Shown here: positions 27,006 through 40,460 of the stretch, in pieces | Layout of the letters: each line of letters begins with the position of its first letter | Position numbering within the stretch: the stretch's first letter is position 1 | DNA from: Octopus vulgaris | Taxonomy: Eukaryota | Assembly: GCA_951406725.2 (NCBI GenBank) | Contig: OX597829.1 | Coordinates: 31,372,001-31,436,000 of the forward strand | DNA length: 64,000 nt | Reading direction: 5' to 3' | Notes under the pieces: model-generated | Told to the model about the DNA's origin: nothing | What the model saw: the letters and a program-made list of their open reading frames with translations, nothing else | The model's database searches: none | Translations under genes and position numbers: made by a program

Positions 27006-28034
27006 ATACATATATACATGACTGGGACATTCCGGAACTATCTGCGCATGAAATTCACGTGCAACTGGTTGAGCACTCCACAAACACGAGTCCTTTAACG
27101 TAGTTCTCAGGGAGAGTTTGCCTGGCACACTGGATGTGACAAGGCTGATTCTTTAGATGAAAGATACAACTTATTTTTGCTTGCTTGCCTTAATATATGA
27201 AGGACTGAATCCATAATTCTTAGTAAAAACAAGAAGGTAATATTAAGACAATATATCGAGACACATGCAAATGGAAACGGGATGCTGTCCAAGACACAAT
27301 ACAGAAACCTACACCTGGCAACGACAGGGCTACAGTAATTTAGATCAGGCCAGCAGAAATCTTAAGATTAAGAAGAAAGCTCATTAATATGGTTTTCAAT
27401 ATAGGCACAAAGCCTGAAATTTATGTGAGAATGAAGGCCACTCGGCTGGATCTAAACTCAGCATTTTACCAGACGCGTTAACAATTCTGATAACCTCGTA
27501 ACAGCAACCTATACGTTGAATTTGTAAACTATACATTAGTTAAGGAATGTGCCTGTCAATCCACGGGTATGACTAGAGTGATATTGACATAACCAGAGAT
27601 ACACAATCACTTTTTCATAAAGGCGTGGGCAGATTACCTTAAGAAGAAAGTCATAACACTCTCCAGACGACAATAATACCAATATCTCAAAGTATTGTTA
27701 GAGTATTCACACATACTATTTGTTAACACTGAACAATTAAAGTTTTCATATAGTCTTCTAATTATTGTGAATGTGTGCAGAATAAGGCGCTTCGAAAAAA
27801 ACATGAACCACACCTAGCAAAACAAGGTGTTTGAATCAAATATAAAAATATTTCTTTTACAAATGACACATCAACAACAACGAAAATAAATATATGACTC
27901 AAGTTGAATGACCAACATCAATGAACCTTTAAAGTGGGTGACGAGATACGGAAAATAATTAAAATAAATAAATAATACTCAGAACAACAGATTAGAAAGG
28001 AAATTAATTTTTAAAATATCATAGGTAGGTTAAG

Positions 28035-28268
28035 TTCCGTCCCGAGTCATAAGGTCCGGTTTCCCTGTTTTCATGGGAATTTATAAATTTCCCACCTAGA
28101 CGAGACGCCGATCCATTGCACGATTATTCATTTTTGCCAGCTGAGAGAACTGAAGCAACGTGAAATGTTCCCCTTCAAGAACACAAACGTGTCCCCTGGT
28201 CCATGAATCGAAACCACAATATTACGATCATGAATCCAACATCCCTGACCACTAAGCCACGCGCCTTC
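28035..28268 (-). mobile_element. Diverged tRNA-derived SINE, family C
   Basis: Minus head GAAGGCGCGTGGCTTAGTGGTCAGGG...GGTTTCGATTC; tail homologous to the copies at 42165 and 56303. Confidence 0.7.
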
Positions 28269-28279
28269 ATTTAAAGACG

Positions 28280-28490
28280 TCATAGTTCCACAAATACAAC
28301 TTAGCACAACTAGCAAAAAATTCAGCAACACATTAACAGCTGCAAATGACCGGAAAACTGCTAGAACTGATAAAGTCCCTGATTTCCGCCTCAAAGGTCT
28401 AATTAGTAGCACTCATAAATATGTGGCAACAGCATTCAATGAATTAATAAGCTGAAAAATTATAATGCGACACCAGAATGTTTACTAGAG
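28280..28490 (+). pseudogene. Decayed REL-type LINE fragment (start of RT)
   Basis: Translates as NDRKTARTDKVPDFRLKGL..THKYVATAFNELI..TPECLLE, resembling the NWKAPGPD..NFWLK...PEWL motif of R4-like RTs. Confidence 0.55.
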
Positions 28491-28695
28491 CATACATACA
28501 AACATACATGCATACAAACATACATACATACATACATACATACATACACACACGCACATTCATACAACATACATATATACATACATACATGCATGCATGC
28601 ATACATACATACATACATGCATACATACATACATACATACATACATACATACATACATACATACATACATACATACATACATACATACATACATA

Positions 28696-29345
28696 CTGAG
28701 CTATTGAGAAATTTATAGATACTCCAGATTTGTACCAGTAATTATTGAGACAGTCGGATATGTAACCAATCGCTTTACCACCAATTTTTAGAAACTAGGA
28801 TTCTCAAAACCAGAATGAAGGAAACTAATTACTAAACTACAGATTAAATCATCGACAGAACTGTCAAACTGTCAAAGGCGACGAGCTGGCAGAAACGTTA
28901 GCACGCAGGGCGAAATACTTATCGGTATTTCGTCTGCCGCTACGTTCTGAGTTCAAATTCCGCCGAGGTCGGCTTTGCTTTTCATCGTTTCGGGGTCGAT
29001 TAAGTAAGTACCAGTTACGCACTGTGGTCGATGTAATCGACTTAATCCGTTTGTCTGTCCTTGTTTGTCCCCTCTGTGTTTAGCCCCTTGTGGGCAGTAA
29101 AGAAATAAGAACTGTCAAACTATGTAAAACCTCCTAAACGTTTAGCATATAAGTATACATGCAACTATATATAGTATACGGGTGTGCATACATAAAGCAG
29201 AACATACAGATCTGCACGTATACTGACACCAAAATACTTGCACCTATACACACATATATGCATAACTACCCTGTTGATGTTATTGAAATGAAGGAGTCTT
29301 GGATCTAGGTTAGAAACAGGCTCTTTCTCCATTGAAAGTTAGCTA
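28696..29345 (+). mobile_element. 3' fragment of an REL-type LINE directly after (CATA)n, interrupted by a SINE B
   Basis: ELLRNL..FVPVIIETVGYVTN..KLGFSKP..RKLITKLQIKS..TVKLCKT followed by 3'-UTR-like sequence. Confidence 0.7.
28877..29108 (+). mobile_element. tRNA-derived SINE family B, full length, with TSD
   Basis: GGCGACGAGCTGGCAGAAACGTTAGC head, GAGTTCAAATTCC B box, GCTTTTCATCGTTTCGGGGTCGAT core; AACTGTCAAA duplicated at both ends. Confidence 0.9.
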
Positions 29346-29381
29346 TATAGCTTAATAATAACATGCATACATACATGCATA

Positions 29382-29436
<55 letters not shown>

Positions 29437-29651
29437 ATATATATATATATATATATATATATTACATACACACATGCATGTATACTTACATACACATACA
29501 CAAGCAAACAAATATACATGTATGCATACTTGCATGCATGCATACATACATACATACATACATACATACATACATACATACATACATACATACATACATA
29601 CATACATACATACGTACGTACGTACGTACATACATACATACATACATACAA

Positions 29652-30110
29652 CATAACAGATCTGATATTGTTCTGTGGGCAGGGAACAAAAGTCATGCAC
29701 TGTTGTAGAGGTCAACTGCCCACGGATGTCAATGTCCAATCAAAAGTCCAGGAAAAGAAGAACATCTATGGCGACTTAATACGAAACTTACAACTCTTGT
29801 ATTCTGACTATGAATGCTCCAAAACATAGAAACACTTGGTTTCACGGCAAAAGAGCAAAAGAAACTGAACGGATTCTCCAAATCCAATCTATTAGTGGCA
29901 GAGCGAAGATTTGTTAGATATTCCAGAAATTTTCCATGTGAGGTTTTTATGTGAATAGACGCACACACTTGGATGTATGCATTGACAGTAAAACCAGTAC
30001 ACCAACTCAACAACATATTTACAAACACTGGTGACTCTCGTGACTCAAAAAGTCTTGTCGTTTTGTTAGTAACCGGCTTGGATCCTCTCAAGAAGAACTT
30101 AAATTAAACT
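29652..30110 (+). mobile_element. 3' fragment of an REL-type LINE directly after (CATA)n
   Basis: With two frameshifts it reads HNRSDIVLW-REQKSCTVVEVNCP-DVNVQSKVQEKKNIYGDLIRNLQLLYSDY, matching the RPD..E/D..K..Y restriction-like endonuclease pattern. Confidence 0.75.
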
Positions 30111-30179
30111 TTAAAAGAATCATACACACACACGTACGTAAATACTTCTTAAATATGATTTTGTCTCAGTCAAGGCTTG

Positions 30180-30560
30180 AGGTCACTAAAGTAAGGGTCT
30201 ACAAAGGAGGAAAAGAAGGTGCCTGTACGTTCAAAAGATGTTTAAAGTACTAAATATCATAGACCAGAATGAAACAAGACGAAGGTTATGAGTTCCAGAG
30301 AACAGCAGTTCGAGGATAGAAGCTATTAGAATAAAATGACGTATGACTAACAGGAAGTTCAAACATGTATAATAAATCTCCATCCACACACATTTATTAT
30401 CTCTGCGAGATCGATTACAAATTTAGTTTAACGTTCAGAGAGAATCCAGCTTTATGATCCAAACTATTCAAAGACTTAAACTGTCTAACAAATATTGATT
30501 TTTATCGAAAGTCAATCTGTGTAGTTGAGCAAACACAAAGTGACTTCTTAGTTGCTGTGA
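30180..30560 (-). mobile_element. 3' end of an APE-type LINE (L2/Jockey/CR1-like), decayed
   Basis: Minus strand reads ELPVSHTSFYSNSF-RTAVLWNS*PSSCF..YD..YFK with a frameshift, the typical SFFPRT..LWNSLP C-terminal motif. Confidence 0.6.
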
Positions 30561-30897
30561 CGTCTTGTTTACTAAACTGTATGTTTGGTATGTATGTATA
30601 AGCAAGTATTTATGTATACTGGTATGTATAGGACGCATGTATGTATGTATGTTTTGCCTGCGTGCCTTCATGTTTGCACGAAGTTGGTCCCGATATTGGA
30701 GTCGACTTTGTTCAAATCTTTGAACTGATGAGAAACAGGACTGGAGTCAAGTCCCGCATTCTGATGATTTGTTTTCCCAGGAAGAAAAGGGAATGTTGTA
30801 ATCGCTTCAGATTTTGTCTTTAAGTTTGTCTTTGAAGCGCAAGACTAAACTTCCTGTCTGGAATTGGCCAAACAGAAGTTGCTTTGGAATCGCGATA

Positions 30898-32067
30898 TCT
30901 CTTATTATAAAAGGCAGATTTTATCTGCCTCCCTTTGGGAGTTATAGAAATCTACAATATAGGATTTCTTCAATTACAATTTACCTAGCAGTTTTAAGAG
31001 TACAATGCATCGCGTCATGCCAGGTCCAGTTTTTAAAATTTAAACTCCAATTAAGCAAAATTTACAGAAAACTCACATTCTGGTGTGTGTGTCAAATGCT
31101 TTTCTTAGTCTGGTTTACACCACACGCAAACGCACACACACAGTGGGCAACGAATAAAATGAAAGTAAATGTAATATTTGTTTCTGTCTATCACGCTGAT
31201 AGATACATGAGTAAAATGTATGGGAAGCTAACAGATAACAGTGAGTGAAAATGTTCTTGGAAGAGAGTAAATTAGCGACAGTGATTTGAGGAAGACTAAA
31301 CTGAAACTATGAAACAGTGTTTATGTATAAACAGACGACACTTATATAAACCCTTTCGTTACCAAACCGCCCGAATTTACCTATTCATATTTAAATGAGA
31401 ATATCAGAGTAAATCTCTTTAGTACATTCGTGAAAACACGTATTATACTTCGTAAACACTTCAAATACAGTTTTGTACAAAAATCGAAGTGTAATTTTAA
31501 TTCCGTGAATTATGGGAGATTTTTTTCCGAAATTTGTTCCTATTGTGTTTTCAAAATTTGTAATTTTGACAAAAAATGGATACGAATTTCATTATATCAA
31601 GCAGCGAGTCAGAATTCGAAGGATTTTCTACTGAAGACCTTCATAAATCTAACTCTATGACTGAAAAAAAAAGCATCTTTATATAAGAGTGAAGTTGTGT
31701 GTCTGTCCCCTTCGATTTACATTCGTAATTACTCCCACATTTTGCGGTGCAGTTTAACCAAAAGCGGGTATCTTATAGTCGTGATTCATATCGAGCCCTT
31801 CTGGGTATTAGCGCGCGTCTACGATGAGTCTACGATTTAAAAAAATTTACCATCATATTTTTCCATTTTAATGCATTTTTTCGCTTTTATATAAGGGAAG
31901 TAACTCTCTAAAAATATCTACGATGTATCAACGATTTAAAACAAATTTACCTTAATTTTTTTCAATTTTTTATGCATTTTTTTTGCTATTTTTTGGCTAT
32001 AACTCTCTAAAAATGCTTATATAGTTATTTCCCTTACAATCCGAGCAACGCCGGACGATACTGCTAG
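30898..32067 (+). mobile_element. Non-autonomous Helitron (composite), 1170 bp
   Basis: A|TC 5' end (TCTCTTATTATAAAAGG), 3' hairpin CCGAGCAACGCCGG then CTAG|T, no TSD; a second internal 5'-like start ATCTTTATATAAGAG at about 31676. Confidence 0.85.
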
Positions 32068-32902
32068 TCACTTATACGTGAGTGATGATCTGACCATCTA
32101 AGCTGATGAGGATGGCTTAAATACCTTGTATGTTTCATTTTGTTACCACCTCACTGTTACGAATATGGTCACTTGGTTTTATGCTAGATATAGTGGTCAA
32201 GCATCACATATGAAAAGCGTCAAGCTGGTTGACGTGCTTCCGGTCAATATGTCAATATGTGAGTATATTTATGTATGTAAGCATATTAGCATGTATGTAT
32301 AACAATCAGTGTGTGAACGAGGATGTATTTATGTATGTATGTACGTAAGTGTTTTGTCGATCATACACACTCTGTCCCTTATTTTTATAGATACGTAATT
32401 ATGAAATGACTAAGCTATAGCGTTGTTGCTAACATAAATGCCGACACACACACGTGCACTCGTGTGTATCTTTTTACTTAATGTAATTTTCTTGACTGCT
32501 ACCTATATCACCCTTCTGATATACGAATAAATATCCGTTATTTATTAGTTGAAGCAGTGTGTACTAGGTTACACAACCTTCTTTGTCCCCATTCACTCAC
32601 TATCTGTTCTCTTGGTACCACCATCGCCAACACTATCGTTGCTCAATATCAAGTGAACAAGCTTACCAACACCATCGTGGTAACAGTAGAAGTTTCTACT
32701 CGCATTTCTAATGGAGTGTGTATACGTAGTGAAAATAACAGTGAACACGAAGATTTCCCATCACGTGAAGTCGTGACCGACAATAATCCCGTTAGTATAT
32801 ATAGCAATTTCCTCTATACAGTCGCATTCAATACACTCCTTCAGTTTCCAGGTTCAAGGAAGCGTCGGCAGCATAATATAATTATATGTATATTTATATA
32901 TT

Positions 32903-33033
<131 letters not shown>

Positions 33034-33182
33034 AAATACATACATATATATATATAAATACATACATATATATACATACATATAGCACATATTTACATGC
33101 ATATATCTATGTATGTACGTACGTATGTATGTACGTATGTACGTAAGTATGTATGTATGTATATATATATATATATATATAT

Positions 33183-33221
<39 letters not shown>

Positions 33222-33404
33222 GCGAGTGGTAGTTGTTTGGCAAGTGACTTGATGTGAAACGAATGAAGTTGTACAATGGAAGCGTCATAATAGCAATATA
33301 AGAACAAAAATAATGTCGTTAGAATCGCCTTTGTTTTACTTCTTAATGCGTGTTACTTAATGGAAATCTATCACTGTTGGTCACCCGGTGGCAGTGATTT
33401 AAAA

Positions 33405-33689
33405 CAGTGGCTGCCAAACTTTTCCACGTTGCCGACCTCTTCGCACCCAAACCACGTTCGTAGCGCCCCCAGTTCAACTCACCATCCCTAACATAGACCA
33501 CTTTCTGCGGCAAATTTAAAACAACACTGTTTCACAAATAAAATTTAACCTAATTAACCCATTATTTGAAGTTCTTTTTTCATCCATTACTCTTTTTGGG
33601 CACCTCATTATCGTCCCAACTTTCTTAAACGTCCGTCTGGATCTTTTCAACGCCGCCAAGGGCAGTACCACCCACTTTTGGAACCACAG
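33405..33689. mobile_element. Old hAT-like MITE
   Basis: Ends CAGTGGCTGCCAAA / TTTTGGAACCACAG; flanks ATTTAAAA / ATGTAAAC resemble a decayed 8-bp TSD. Confidence 0.55.
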
Positions 33690-33991
33690 ATGTAAACTTC
33701 CATCTTGGCGCTGTTTAATACACGATTCTGTTGAGAAATGATGCGAAAGTAAATATAACGATGTATGTATGTTTTTTGCGAGGCTAACATGCCTCTTTTA
33801 CTATAAATGTGCAAGTATGTATGTATGTATGTATGTATGTATGTATGTATGTATGTATGTATGTATGTATGTATGTATGTATGCATGCATGTATGTATGT
33901 ATGTATGTATGTATGTATGTATGTATGTATGTATGTATGTATGTATGTACGTACGTATGAATGTATACACAAATATATACATACGCATCTA

Positions 33992-34835
33992 TCTTGACGT
34001 ACCCGGTAATTCCCGGGAAAGCAGGGCTTATCCTTTGGTTCCGTTCTCATAATTGTTTCGCTAATCCAATAACAACAATACATAGTATGTAACCCTTAAA
34101 ACAGTTTTTGTGCATTTACAGAGAATACCAAACTGTCTTAGACAGGATCTTGCTTTTAGGAATTTCTAATAAGTTATGAATACCCAAATTGTGAAGTTAG
34201 TTATGTAGTAACATGAAATTAGTTACTCGATAGTAAGAATTCAAATAATGTAGTCCCGAAAAGGGCTTTAATGCGTTCTCAGAGTATATAGAACGTAGGA
34301 GGAAATACTAATAAGGTATGTATACTAAAATCGTGAAGCATGTTACGTAATAACAGGCTAATCAGATAGGAGATAATAACAATTCAAAGTAAATAACTCT
34401 GAAAAGGGCTTTTGTGCATTCCCAGAGAATATTACCGTCAGGGGTGCTAGTTTTGGTATACTTGTGAATAAATCACTAACCAAAATAAGTGGATCTATTG
34501 TTTAGTAAAATACTATTTACTTGTTTAAGAGTTGTTCTGGATGAATTGCGAAAATAACTCTAATGGTTCAAATACTAAGAAATAAGCATAATACATTTGA
34601 TTTATACCAAATGATTTAGGAAAATGAATAGGTTATTTCCCTTGGTTGCTAAAATGAAATATATTAGATATATACAAGGATCCCCTCTAGGGGCCCTATT
34701 ATTGATTTTTTTTTTTCAACAACCTGAGTATGCCATGAGATTTCCAGACATGTCAAGCTTCATCAAAATCGATAAAACGATGTAGGAGGAGTTAGCTAAC
34801 AAATCCACAAACACACCCACAGACAGAATTTCCTA
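33992..34835 (-). mobile_element. Diverged Helitron-like element
   Basis: Terminal hairpin CCCGGTAATTCCCGGG near 34002, and at the other end AAGCTTCATCAAAATCG...GTAGGAGGAGTTAGCTAACAAA..CACAGACAGA, paralleling the ends of the other Helitrons here. Confidence 0.45.
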
Positions 34836-34857
34836 CACATGTAGTGTGTGTGTGTAT

Positions 34858-34902
<45 letters not shown>

Positions 34903-34990
34903 AACACACACACAAACACACATATATTTGAAAAAGGTAAATAATAACTTTTTCAAATATACCTAACTGTACCAAGGATTTCACACACAC

Positions 34991-35027
<37 letters not shown>

Positions 35028-35320
35028 CATATATATATTAACATGTACGTATATATTAATATGTACATGGCAGGAAGTTCTAGGATGTGCAAGAGCTCAG
35101 TTCTGTGTGCTTGCACATCCTATAGCAGAAGCAGCTGTTAGCTAATGAAGCTGATTACAGGAATCTTGTCAATTATTAGTGTGTGTATGTGTGTGTGTGC
35201 GTGTGTGTGTGTGTGTGTGTGTGCGTGTGTGTGTGCGTGTGTATAGGACGCAAAGTCTTACTGTTATTTAGAGAGAAAGCCTTTAAATAAAAATTACGAC
35301 TGATACAAAAACATGCTTAG

Positions 35321-35413
<93 letters not shown>

Positions 35414-35927
35414 GGTGGGTATGTGTATTTAGAGCAACATGGATGGGATTAAAATATACGACAGCAGCTTCCATAGACTTTTCTTGATGTATTCATAAAT
35501 CACATGATTACATACAATCCACCATCTTCAGGTAAAACTTTGAGCATGTATAAACAGGTGAGGTAATGCCTTGATAATGACGAATCCATCCAACATATTG
35601 GATAAGATGTATTTTAAACCCCATTTTATTCCTTTTTATACCTATTCCACACCTAGAACCAGCCCTACGTTTTAAATTGGACTTGGTACTTACATATCTA
35701 CAGCATCCTACCAACATGTAATACTTACATGGTTGTTTTACCTACATGGTTTTAAACCCAATGTTATTGCATCCAGCAATTTCTGGCGTCCTACGTGTTG
35801 ATGTGCCTTAGTTCTAATGGATCCTATAACTAATATCTCTCTCCCTCCCTCTTCCCCCTCTCTCGCTCAATCTGTGTGTGTCTGCATATATATAAAATCA
35901 AAATAAGCGACAGGATATCTAGAGGTG

Positions 35928-36015
35928 ATGCAGTACGACCGTTTCAAGCGGCTCCATTTAATTGAACAATGCAATCACTACATCAATTTAAATGCAGAGC
36001 TATCCTCAGCTGCAT
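35928..36015 (-). ncRNA. Type I hammerhead ribozyme motif (PLE-associated, long stem II)
   Basis: AUGCAG-CUGAGGA-[long hairpin GCUCUGCAUUUAAAUUGA...UCAAUUAAAUGGAGC]-GAAA-CGGUCG-UA-CUGCAU: 6-bp stem I, intact core boxes, self-complementary stem III, GUA cleavage triplet. Confidence 0.75.
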
Positions 36016-36385
36016 ATAATTATTCTAAACAGGCGGACACATTTGTATAATTTTACTTAAATTTTACTTAAGTCCATGCTGTTGTCACTTCAGCTTAGTA
36101 ACTTCTAAGGACTCTTTAGCCACCAATGGAGCCGCAAATACAAAATATAAGCTAATCTTAGAGAGCACAGTATTCCTAAAGGTCAGCAAGGGTCTTCCTC
36201 GATCACGAGTGGACGGCCATCATGCATGCATGTATGTATACATGTATGTATGTGTGCCTGTATGTATGTATGTATGTATGTATGTATGTATGTATGTATG
36301 TATGTATGTATGTATGTATGTATGTATGTATGAATGTATGTATGTATGTATGTATATGTATATAATTAGAGAACTCAGGAGCTAG

Positions 36386-36432
<47 letters not shown>

Positions 36433-37117
36433 TGTGCATGTACATGTATGAAGTTGTGAGTGTGTTATTTCTGTTATCTATGTGCTTCTAGAGTCTTGTT
36501 CTCTTGCTTGTTGGTTTTGCAAATCAGGTATAAGCAAAAGCCGTGTGTTATTTTAAGGTGTTAACGGCCATCCTCCCGACCTGTTTGAAGTACTATAACT
36601 CGTTTCAGGAATGTGGTCATTCGCCGAGTCCACAACGTGCTTTGTAGCTGAGATTCAACTAACGGCTTTAAGAATTAACAAAACAAACAAACAAGTCATA
36701 CATAGCAAATTAATATGATAATTAATGCATGTTAAGCTGGATATTATTTGAAATAAATAGCTGTGGCGAGGAATGTAGAGGGGCATCATTGCATCTGCTA
36801 TTATGAAAAACTTACAACAGCTTTGAAGTGTGTTATATTATAGGTCTACCTACGTGTGTGTATGTATATGTGTATATACATATATACATACGTACATACA
36901 TACATACATACATACATACATACATACATACATACATACATACATACATACATACATACATACATACATACATACATACATACATACATACACACACATA
37001 CATACATACATACATACATACATACATACATACATACATACACACACACATACATACATACATACATACATACATACATACATACATACATACATACATA
37101 CATACATACATACAAAT

Positions 37118-37470
37118 CTGGGCACCAAAACCTTAATCCGTTAATAGTTAATTAACGAAGTTAACATTCTCGTTAGCGATTTAACTTTTAAGTTAACTTT
37201 GGAAATCATTATCGGACTAATTAAGTCAACTTGAGTTAACTTCCGTTAACTTCAATTCAATTGAAGTTAACGAACTTTATAGTTTTGGCACCTTTTAGGT
37301 GGTTTTAGAGCAAAAACTGATTTTTTTTCTGTACTAAAAATTAACGTTATCGGTTTATCGATAACTTCCGTTACATTTTGAAAGACTAAACTGATTCACG
37401 GTTATCAAAGTTAACTTTTTGCTTAACGGATTAACGGTTAACTTTGTTAACTTTTCGATTGACGGTTTGC
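37118..37470. mobile_element. MITE-like element rich in GTTAAC motifs (hAT-like subterminal repeats)
   Basis: Many GTTAAC/TTAACG motifs; TTAATCCGTTAA near the left end pairs with TTAACGGATTAA near the right end; lies in a (CATA)n tract. Confidence 0.55.
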
Positions 37471-37618
37471 ATACATACACACACACACATGTGTGTCTCC
37501 GCATGTGCGTAGTAAATTGTGACACAGACAATGACGATAGAACATACGGGAAAAACACAAAAAGAACATAGGCACGTTTACCCTTTATCAGTAATCGACC
37601 AATTATATATATACGATA

Positions 37619-37667
<49 letters not shown>

Positions 37668-37672
<5 letters not shown>

Positions 37673-38400
37673 AGAATTCACAAAAAAAACCCCAAAAGAC
37701 GAAGACAGATGGTGTAGATAACAAACAGATGTATTAGTTTAACGCCCGGGAAGTGAAAAAGTCTTTAATGTTTCGAGCCTATGCTCTTTCACAGAAGAGA
37801 ACACAGAAAGAAACAGGGAGAGAAAATAAAGAATGTCTAGTGGCTAGCGATCTATCATGGCGAATGCCGGAGAGGAGAGCTAGGAAGAAGGGGAGATAAT
37901 AAAGTAGTGGTGATCCCAAAACGAAGGTGCGCGTGCGTTTGTATAAGGGAGCATGTATCTGCATGTGGAAGAGGGCTGGTGACCTTGACGTGTGCGTGTG
38001 GGTATATGTTGGTATGTGGATGTGGGGCTGGGAAGTGGTTAATGCTAGTGTGTGCGTGGTGGTGTGATGTAATGTGATGTGATGTGGTGTTGTGTGATAT
38101 TTTGGTGTATGGTGTAGTGGTATGATGGTGTTGGGATGTGGGGGAGGCGAGAGTGGGGAAAGCAAGAGCGGGGTGTGGGTTAGGCTGAGGGTGGGATAGA
38201 GGTAGGGTTTGTAGGAGTGGATGTAAGGGATGGGATGGGAGTGGGATAGGATGGATAGGGAAGGTGGGGTTGGATTGTGTGGGGTGGGGTTACGAGGGAG
38301 GGGTGACGATGAAGGGAGAGGGGGAAGGGAGAAGGTGGGTAGCAGTGAAGAGAAGATAAAAGGAGAGCAGGAGTGATGAGAAGTAGGAGTCGGAGCAAGG
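37668..38400 (-). mobile_element. Penelope-like element fragment with a variant minimal hammerhead (37762-37798)
   Basis: Starts at a (TA)n tract; minus RNA UCUU-CUGUGAA-A-GAGC-AUAG-GCUC-GAAA-CA-UUA-AAGA; similar layout to 18346-18553; G-rich low-complexity distal part. Confidence 0.65.
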
Positions 38401-38659
38401 GAATACTAAATTATATCGACTTCAGAATGGAGAAGTTTCGATAGAATCTACAAAAATACTTTAATATAAGCGAAACGACTGCAAGAATATTAAAAAAAAG
38501 GGGAAGAAATAAAATTCAAAACCAGTGCAATTCCTTGACCTTCAATAACTTTAAAGCACACATCATACACAAATAGTAACATTGTGGAAACAATGGATAA
38601 AACTTTAATACTTTGAATAGAAGATAAACTCCAACAGTACGACAGTACCAATACAGACA

Positions 38660-38745
<86 letters not shown>

Positions 38746-38789
38746 TATCTGCATTTATTATTTACAACGCAGGGTCATAGTGCTAGTGC

Positions 38790-39114
38790 ATGCATATACA
38801 GCAGCGTGCGTGCGCACATACACGCGAGTACTGTCCAAATCTCCAACCAATCACATACAGCTAGCTGGCATTCAATTGGCGTATCAAGTTTCAGGCATTT
38901 TGATTGGGTTTTGGATAGAGAATTCACAAAAAAGTCACTTCTATAGATTTTTAATGGCTTTGCGGGGTGACTGGGGAAATGTAAAGATGTGCACGACCAC
39001 TCTTGGACGGTTTTGAATGACCATAGAAAGTGCGAGCCCTCTAACTGAAAAATTGTGGATTTGTATAAAGGACACACACACAGACAGACATTTTGCCGTT
39101 TATATATAGAGAGA
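38790..39114 (-). mobile_element. Helitron-like 5' fragment
   Basis: Minus start ATCTCTCTATATATAAACGGCAAAATGTCTGTCTGTGTG resembles the 5' ends of the other Helitrons; the 3' end is not clear. Confidence 0.5.
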
Positions 39115-39248
39115 TTATTATCCGTATTATTATCCGCATTTCAACAAATTTTGAGGGAGAAAAAAGAATATGTGTTGTGTGTGCATGTATATATTTGTGT
39201 GTGTCTGTAAGTATATGTACGTGCAGGTTTAAATATTTTATATATATA

Positions 39249-40424
39249 CTAGCAGTATCGCCCGGCGTTGCTCGGGTTGTAAGGGAAATAACTATATAAG
39301 CATTTTTAGAGAGTTATAGCCAAAAAATAGCAAAAAAATGCATTAAAAATTGAAAAAAAAATTAAGGTAAATTTTTTTTTAAATCGTTGACACATCGTAG
39401 ATATTTTTAAAGAGTTACTTCCCTTATATAAAAGCGAAAAAAAATGCATTAAAATGGAAAAATATGATGGTAAATTTTTTTTAAATCGTAGACTCATCGT
39501 AGACGCGCGCTAATACCCAGAAGGGTTCGATATGAATCACGACTATAAGATACCCGCTTTTGGTTAAACTGCACCGCAAAATGTGGGAGTAGTTACGAAT
39601 CTAAATCGAAGGGGACAGACACACAACTTCACTCTTATATAAAGATGCTTTTTTTTTCAGTCATAGAGTTCGATTTATGAAGGTCTTCAGTAGAAAATCC
39701 TTCGAATTCTGACTCGCTTCTTGATATAATGAAATTCGTATCCATTTTTTTGTCAGAATTACAAATTTTGAAAACACAATAGGAACAAATTTCGGAAAAA
39801 AATCTCCCATAATTCACGGAATTAAAATTACACTTCGATTTTTGTACAAAACTGTATTTGAAGTGTTTACGAAGTATAATACGTGTTTTCACGAATGTAC
39901 TAAAGAGATTTACTCTGATATTCTCATTTAAATATGAATAGGTAAATTCAGGCGGTTTGGTAACGAAAGGGTTTATATAAGTGTCGTCTGTTTATACATA
40001 AACACTGTTTCATACTTTCAGTTTAGTCTTCCTCAAATCACTGTCGCTAATTTACTCTCTTCCAAGAACATTTTCACTCACTCTTATCTGTTAGCTTTCC
40101 ATACATTTTACTCATGTATCTATCAGCGTGATAGACAGAAACAAATATTACATCTAGTTTCACTTTATTCGTTGCACATTGTGTGTGTGCGTTTGCGTGT
40201 GCTGTAAACCAGACTAAGAAAAGCATTTGACATACACACCAGAATGTGAGTTTTCTGTAAATTTTGCTTAATTGGAGTTTAAATTTTAAAAACTGGACCT
40301 GGCATGACCCGATGCATTCTACTCTTAAAAATGCTAGGTAAATTGTAATTGAAGAAATCCTATATTGTAGATTTCTATAACTTACAAAGGGAGGCAGATA
40401 AAATCTGCCTTTTATAATAAGAGA
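39249..40424 (-). mobile_element. Non-autonomous Helitron, inverted near-identical copy of 30898-32067
   Basis: CTAGCAGTATCGCCCGGCGTTGCTCGGG...CCTTTTATAATAAGAGA; the same spurious ORFs appear in both copies (31430 + versus 39635 -). Confidence 0.9.
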
Positions 40425-40427
40425 TAT

Positions 40428-40460
<33 letters not shown>

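Noticed and set aside
30814-31660. ORFs duplicated at 39635-40580
   Set aside because: Chance ORFs in two copies of a non-autonomous Helitron; no Rep/helicase motifs.
32100-32135. CTGATGAG motif (also at 23695)
   Set aside because: No downstream GAAA box or stems.
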